Shown: piece by piece, positions 58,901 to 64,000 of the stretch | How the letters are laid out: the number at the start of each line of letters is the position of its first letter | Numbering within the stretch: the stretch's first letter is position 1 | NCBI GenBank assembly: GCA_002269645.1 | Contig: NIVC01001373.1 | Coordinates: 124,001-188,000, forward strand | Origin: Macrostomum lignano | Taxonomy: Eukaryota | Length of the DNA stretch: 64,000 bases | Direction of reading: 5' to 3' | Notes under the pieces: generated by a model | Told to the model about the DNA's origin: nothing | What the model saw: only the letters and a program-made list of their open reading frames with translations | Database searches by the model: none | Position numbers and translations under genes: made by a program

Positions 58901-60673
58901 TGCACGAGTACAGGGGATGGCTTAGAAAGTACTTGAAGAAGACAAAACATCTATTAATTTGCTGGGTAAGCAGCAAATCAGGTTGGGCATTCTGCATACC
59001 GGCCAAGTTTGAGGTTAGGTATCAGGTGGAGCATTGGGTGGAGTATTGGGTGGAGCATTGGGTGGAGCATTGGGTGGAGTATTGGGTGGAGCATTGGGTA
59101 GAGTATTGGGTGGAGCATTGGATGGAGCATTGGGTGGAGCATTGGGTGGAGCATTGGGTGGAGCATTGGGTGGAGCATTGGGTGGAGCATTGGGTGGAGC
59201 ATTGGATGGAGCATTGGGTGGAGCATTGGGTGGAGCATTGGGTGGAGCATTGGGTGGAGCATTGGGTGGAGTATTGGGTGGAGCATTGGGTAGAGTATTG
59301 GGTGGAGCATTGGATGGAGCATTGGGTGGAGCATTGGGTGGAGCATTGGGTGGAGCATTGGGTGGAGCATTGGGTGGAGCATTGGGTGGAGCATTGGATG
59401 GAGCATTGGGTGGAGCATTGGGTGGAGCATTGGGTGGAGCATTGGGTGGAGCATTGGGTGGAGCATTGGGTGGAGCATTGGGTGGAGCATTGGGTGGAGC
59501 ATTGGGTGGAGCATTGGGTGGAGTATTGGGTGGAGCATTAGGTGGAGCATTGTGGAGCATTGGGTAGAGTATTGGGTAGAGCATTGGGTAGAGTATTGTG
59601 TAGAGCATTGGGTAGAGCATTGGGTAGAGCATTGGGTAGAGCATTGGGTAGAGTATTGGGTGGAGCATTGGATGGAGCATTGGGTGGAGCATTGGGTGGA
59701 GCATTGGGTGGAGCATTGGGTGGAGTATTGGGTGGAGCATTGGGTAGAGTATTGGGTGGAGCATTGGATGGAGCATTGGGTGGAGCATTGGGTGGAGCAT
59801 TGGGTGGAGCATTGGGTGGAGCATTGGGTGGAGCATTGGGTGGAGCATTGGATGGAGCATTGGGTGGAGCATTGGGTGGAGCATTGGGTGGAGCATTGGG
59901 TGGAGCATTGGGTGGAGCATTGGGTGGAGCATTGGGTGGAGCATTGGGTGGAGCATTGGGTGGAGCATTGGGTGGAGTATTGGGTGGAGCATTAGGTGGA
60001 GCATTGGGTGGAGTATTGGGTGGAGCATTAGGTGGAGCATTGTGGAGCATTGGGTGGAGTATTGGGTGGAGCATTGGGTGGAGCATTGGGTGGAGTATTG
60101 GGTGGAGCATTGGGTAGAGTATTGGGTGGAGCATTGGATGGAGCATTGGGTGGAGCATTGGGTGGAGCATTGGGTGGAGCATTGGGTGGAGCATTGGGTG
60201 GAGCATTGGGTGGAGCATTGGATGGAGCATTGGGTGGAGCATTGGGTGGAGCATTGGGTGGAGCATTGGGTGGAGCATTGGGTGGAGCATTGGGTGGAGC
60301 ATTGGGTGGAGCATTGGGTGGAGCATTGGGTGGAGCATTGGGTGGAGTATTGGGTGGAGCATTAGGTGGAGCATTGTGGAGCATTGGGTAGAGTATTGGG
60401 TAGAGCATTGGGTAGAGTATTGTGTAGAGCATTGGGTAGAGCATTGGGTAGAGCATTGGGTAGAGCATTGGGTAGAGTATTGGGTAGAGTATTGGGTGGA
60501 GCATTGAGTAGAGTGCAGTCTAGTGAAGTTACAACCCCGCGCACTGCAGCTGCATCTGCGGCCAGGAGTCCAGCCGCCTGCTGATGGACATTGGCGGGCA
60601 GAGCTGCCTCATCTTCAGCTTCTTTCAGCTCAGCGGCGAGCTATCGAATCGAGTACCGCTGCCCAATAAGTGA
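55970..60673 (+). CDS. Uncharacterised protein: long low-complexity N-terminus with a short coiled coil plus a C-terminal LC8-type dynein light chain domain, ~646 aa
   Basis: join(55970..57485,58575..58875,60550..60673) = 1941 nt, phases 1 and 2. [58 protein letters not shown]|[24 protein letters not shown] aligns by eye with LC8 (AVIKNADM...HCIVGRNFGSYVTHE...LGQVAILLF). The start codon and the intron-1 boundaries are uncertain (alternative 57397/58529). Confidence 0.7.
57537..58520. repeat. 41-bp minisatellite CTGCATGCTCGGCTCCCGCACCCTACCAGACCCTCCTGTAT, intron 1 of the DLC-domain gene
   Basis: ~24 copies. Confidence 0.97.
59025..60507. repeat. 12-bp minisatellite GCATTGGGTGGA with higher-order blocks, intron 2 of the DLC-domain gene
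   Basis: ~120 copies; the variant block TTGTGGAGCATTGGGTAGAG...TTGTGTAG recurs near 59550 and 60375. Confidence 0.97.
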
Positions 60674-61051
60674 ATTAGGTTTGTTTAACCATCGCCCAAT
60701 CCAACCAAAATACTGGTAACCGACTACACAGCCTGCACTTCCATGCACAAAAATAATGTTTGTACGGCAAACTACAAAAGTACAACGAAATACTCATTAA
60801 ACCAAGTAAATTATGATTTTATACTCAGTTTAGCTTTTGTTCTCGTGCGAAGCAGCCTACTTGTAGTAGCACGATGTTCAATCATTGATATGGAAGTATT
60901 TTTGCACTCAGTCGCCTTCATTTTATTGCATTTGCTTCTTTAGTTTTGTTTTTAACCGTGGGAGTCGATTCGAATGTCCATTAAAATAATGCGATCTAAA
61001 GTTAAAAACGTTTTATCAGATACACTGGTAAAATATAATTCTCTTCGTATT

Positions 61052-61470
61052 TCTCTCCCCTCTCCCTATCTTCCATCTCCTTATCTCCCATCGCCTTATC
61101 TCCCCTCTCCAGCTCTCCCCTCTCCTTATCTCTCCTCTCCTTATCTCCCCTCTCCTCCTCTCCCCTCTCCTCCTCTCCCCTCTCCTCCTCTCCCTATCCT
61201 CCTCTCCCTCTCCTCCTCTCCCCTATCCTCCTCTCCCCTCTCCTCCTCTCCCCTCTCCTCCTCTCCCCTATCCTCCTCTCCCCTCTCCTCCTCTCCCCTC
61301 TCCTCCTCTCCCCTATCCTCCTCTCTCCTCTCCTTCTCTCTCTCCTCTCCTTCTCTCTCTCCTCTCCTTCTCTCTCTCCTCTCCTTCTCTCTCCCCTCTC
61401 CTTCTCTCTCCTCTCCTTCTCTCTCCCCTCTCCTTCTCTCTCCTCTCCTTCTCTCTCCCCTCTCCTGTCG
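61052..61470. repeat. Polypyrimidine CT-rich repeat (CTCCTCTCCC)
   Basis: Low-complexity tandem units. Confidence 0.93.
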
Positions 61471-62117
61471 CCTCTTTTTCTTACCTTCCCTCTTCTCTCC
61501 GCTCTCCAACAGCAGACTTGAAACAACCGAGAATCAGATGGGAGTGTGAGCTCAATCACCAGCTCAAAGGATCGGATGACAGCATAGAGCTCTGTGTTGG
61601 GTGCTCCAGAGCTTCAGGAGACGCGACCAGAGTCGGTTTAATTAGCTGGCCGAAAGTTCTGAGAGAGCCCGCCTTGCCCGCCTGTCCGACAGAAGTTTCG
61701 GCCTCATCAGTCAAAAATCCCCCCCAGGGGAAAAATTGCACTCGGTAGCTGAGCCCGGCGAGCGGGGAGTGAGAGAGGGAGAGAGTGGGGAGAAAAAAGT
61801 TAATTTGCGAGGACAGATGACTTGAAAAACGAGACGGTCTGACCGATCGAGTGACAGGTCGAGGGACAGGTCTGAGTGACCGACTGAGTGCCCCTGACGG
61901 ATGATGGATGCCGCAGAAGCTGGTGGATGGGAGAAGCAAGTCATTTAGTCAATGAAAAGTGCCTCTGGAAGACTCTGGGTCGAAGCGTAATTGGGGAATC
62001 GAATTTGCCCCCCTCCTAATCGCCTTGCACTTCAGAGGAAGAGGCCGACAGACGGCAGGCTGGCATCTGTTGATTGACCGACCATGGCGGATTGAAACAA
62101 AAATGAGAGAGAACATA

Positions 62118-63355
62118 GGTGAGAAGAAATATAGGGGAGAGGTGAGAGGGAGATAGGGGAGAGATGATAGGGAGATAGGGAAAGGTGAGAGGGAGATAGG
62201 GGAGAGATGATAGGGAGAGAAGGGAGAGGTGAGAGGGAGATAGGGGAGAGGTGAGAGGGAGATAGGGAGGAGATGATATTGAGAGAAGGGAGAGGAGAGG
62301 TGAGGGGGTGCTAGAGGAGAGGTGAAAGGGAGAGAAGGGAGAGATGAGAGGGAGAGAAGCGAGAGGTGAGAGGGAGAGAAGGGAGAGGTGAGAGGGAGAT
62401 AGGGGAGAGATGATATTGAGAGAAGGGAGAGGTGAGAGGGAGATAGAATAAGGTGAGAGGGAGATAGGGGAGAGATGATAGGGAGATAGGGAAAGGTGAG
62501 AGGGAGATAGGGGAGAGATGATAGGGAGAGAAGGGAGAGGTGAGAGGGAGATAGGGGAGAGGTGAGAGGGAGATAGGGGAGAGGTGAGATGGAGATAGGG
62601 AGGAGATGATATTGAGAGAAAAGAGAGGAGAGGTGAGGGGGTGCTAGAGGAGAGGTGAAAGGGAGAGAAGGGAGAGGTGAGAGGGAGAGAAGGGAGAGGT
62701 GAGAGGGAGATAGGGGAGAGGTGAGAGGGAGATAGGGGAGAGGTGAGATGGAGATAGGGAGGAGATGATATTGAGAGAAGGGAGAGGAGAGGTGAGGGGG
62801 TGCTAGAGGAGAGGTGAAAGGGAGAGAAGGGAGAGGTGAGAGGGAGAGAAGCGAGAGGTGAGCGGGAGAGAAGGGAGAGGTGAGAGGGAGATAGGGGAGA
62901 GATGATATTGAGAGAAGGGAGAGGTGAGAGGGAGATAGAATAAGGTGAGAGGGAGATAGGGGAGAGATGATAGGGAGAGAAGGGAGAGGTGAGAGGGAGA
63001 TAGGTGAGAGGTGAGAGGGAGAGAAGGGAGAGGTGAGAGGGAGATAGGGAAAGGTGAGAGGGAGATAGGGGAGAGATGATAGGGAGAGAAGGGAGAGGTG
63101 AGAGGGAGATAGGGGAGAGATGATAGGGAGATAGGGAAAGGTGAGAGGGAGATAGGGGAGAGATGATAGGGAGAGAAAGGAGAGGTGAGAGGGAGAGAAG
63201 GGAGAGGTGAGAGGGAGATAGGGAAAGGTGAGAGGGAGATAGGGGAGAGATGATAGGGAGAGAAAGGAGAGGTGAGAGGGAGATAGGGGAGAGATGATAT
63301 TGAGAGAAGGGAGAGGTGAGAGGGAGATAGGGTAAGGGGTGAGAGGGAGAGTAGG
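62118..63355. repeat. Polypurine GA-rich compound repeat with internal duplications
   Basis: The GGGGTGCTAGAGGAGAGGTGAAAGGG marker recurs near 62305, 62638 and 62797. Confidence 0.93.
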
Positions 63356-64000
63356 GAGAGCCGGAGCAGGAGTCCATCTGCTTGGTCAAAGCGATGGAAT
63401 CCGGTCGCGGCCACATTAAAATTGCAGCTTGTGCACTCCTGGCGACTGCTGTATACCCTGTGTGCTCAGGGGTCAGCGGGATGTGCTGCCGCCCTTGCGA
63501 TTTGCCACAGGCCTTTTGGCCTGGTCCACAGAGTTTTTTACTAGCTTCTGTTTCCCAATGCCATCCCGCCTCGCCAGGGAGACAAACGGGATTGGGAAGA
63601 AGTTTCCCAAACTTTGGCATCGCAACGGCCCTAATTCTCGCTTATGCTCGCCCCCCGCCCGGCCCCTACTTTCCCAGACTTTCCAGAACTTCTTGTCGGA
63701 GGCCCCGCGGTGCGCAGCAACGGCCCGCCCTCCCAATTAAGTCTCTGGGATATTATCCTGTCAGCGGGCAGGGCGCCGCGCCGCTGACAGAGGGGAAATG
63801 AAGAAAAAGCGAGGGGGAGATTGCGCGAGAGAGACTTGGGAGAGAGGGTGGGACGAGAAAAAAGCTAAGATGGGGCTTCTTCTGCGCGAGGCATGGAGGA
63901 CCGGACCGGGGGAATGCAGATGGTTTGTTCTGAGCCAGGAGAAGCAGAAGATTTGCCTGCTTCTGGCTGTGATCTATTGCTTCTGCCTTAAAGCAGGATG

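Overview
Metazoan genomic DNA with GC-rich exons, GT-AG introns and about 30 different mini/microsatellite arrays. The repeat-filled introns, polyQ/polyA tracts and the KILCRYY Pax6 variant suggest a free-living flatworm such as Macrostomum; this is an inference. Five spliced genes were reconstructed with phase-consistent splice sites: RABL6 (+, 3264-7563, with an antisense tRNA-Leu(CAG) in intron 3); MMAA/MeaB GTPase (+, 8754-11139, one base missing in the P-loop); Pax6 (+, 34446-42272, preceded by about 23 kb of non-coding islands alternating with arrays); RECQL4 (-, 54123-45685); and a long disordered protein ending in an LC8-type dynein light chain domain (+, 55970-60673). The main find is an intronless, TATA-bearing caspase gene nested on the same strand in RECQL4 intron 5. 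It has an unrecognised N-terminal domain, a Ser/Arg/Asn repeat linker containing one in-frame TGA, and an intact catalytic domain (SAHG, QSCRG). A hAT-type MITE with a perfect 8-bp TSD carries a satellite inside it. There is no CRISPR array, and most ORFs in the supplied track are repeat or antisense artefacts.
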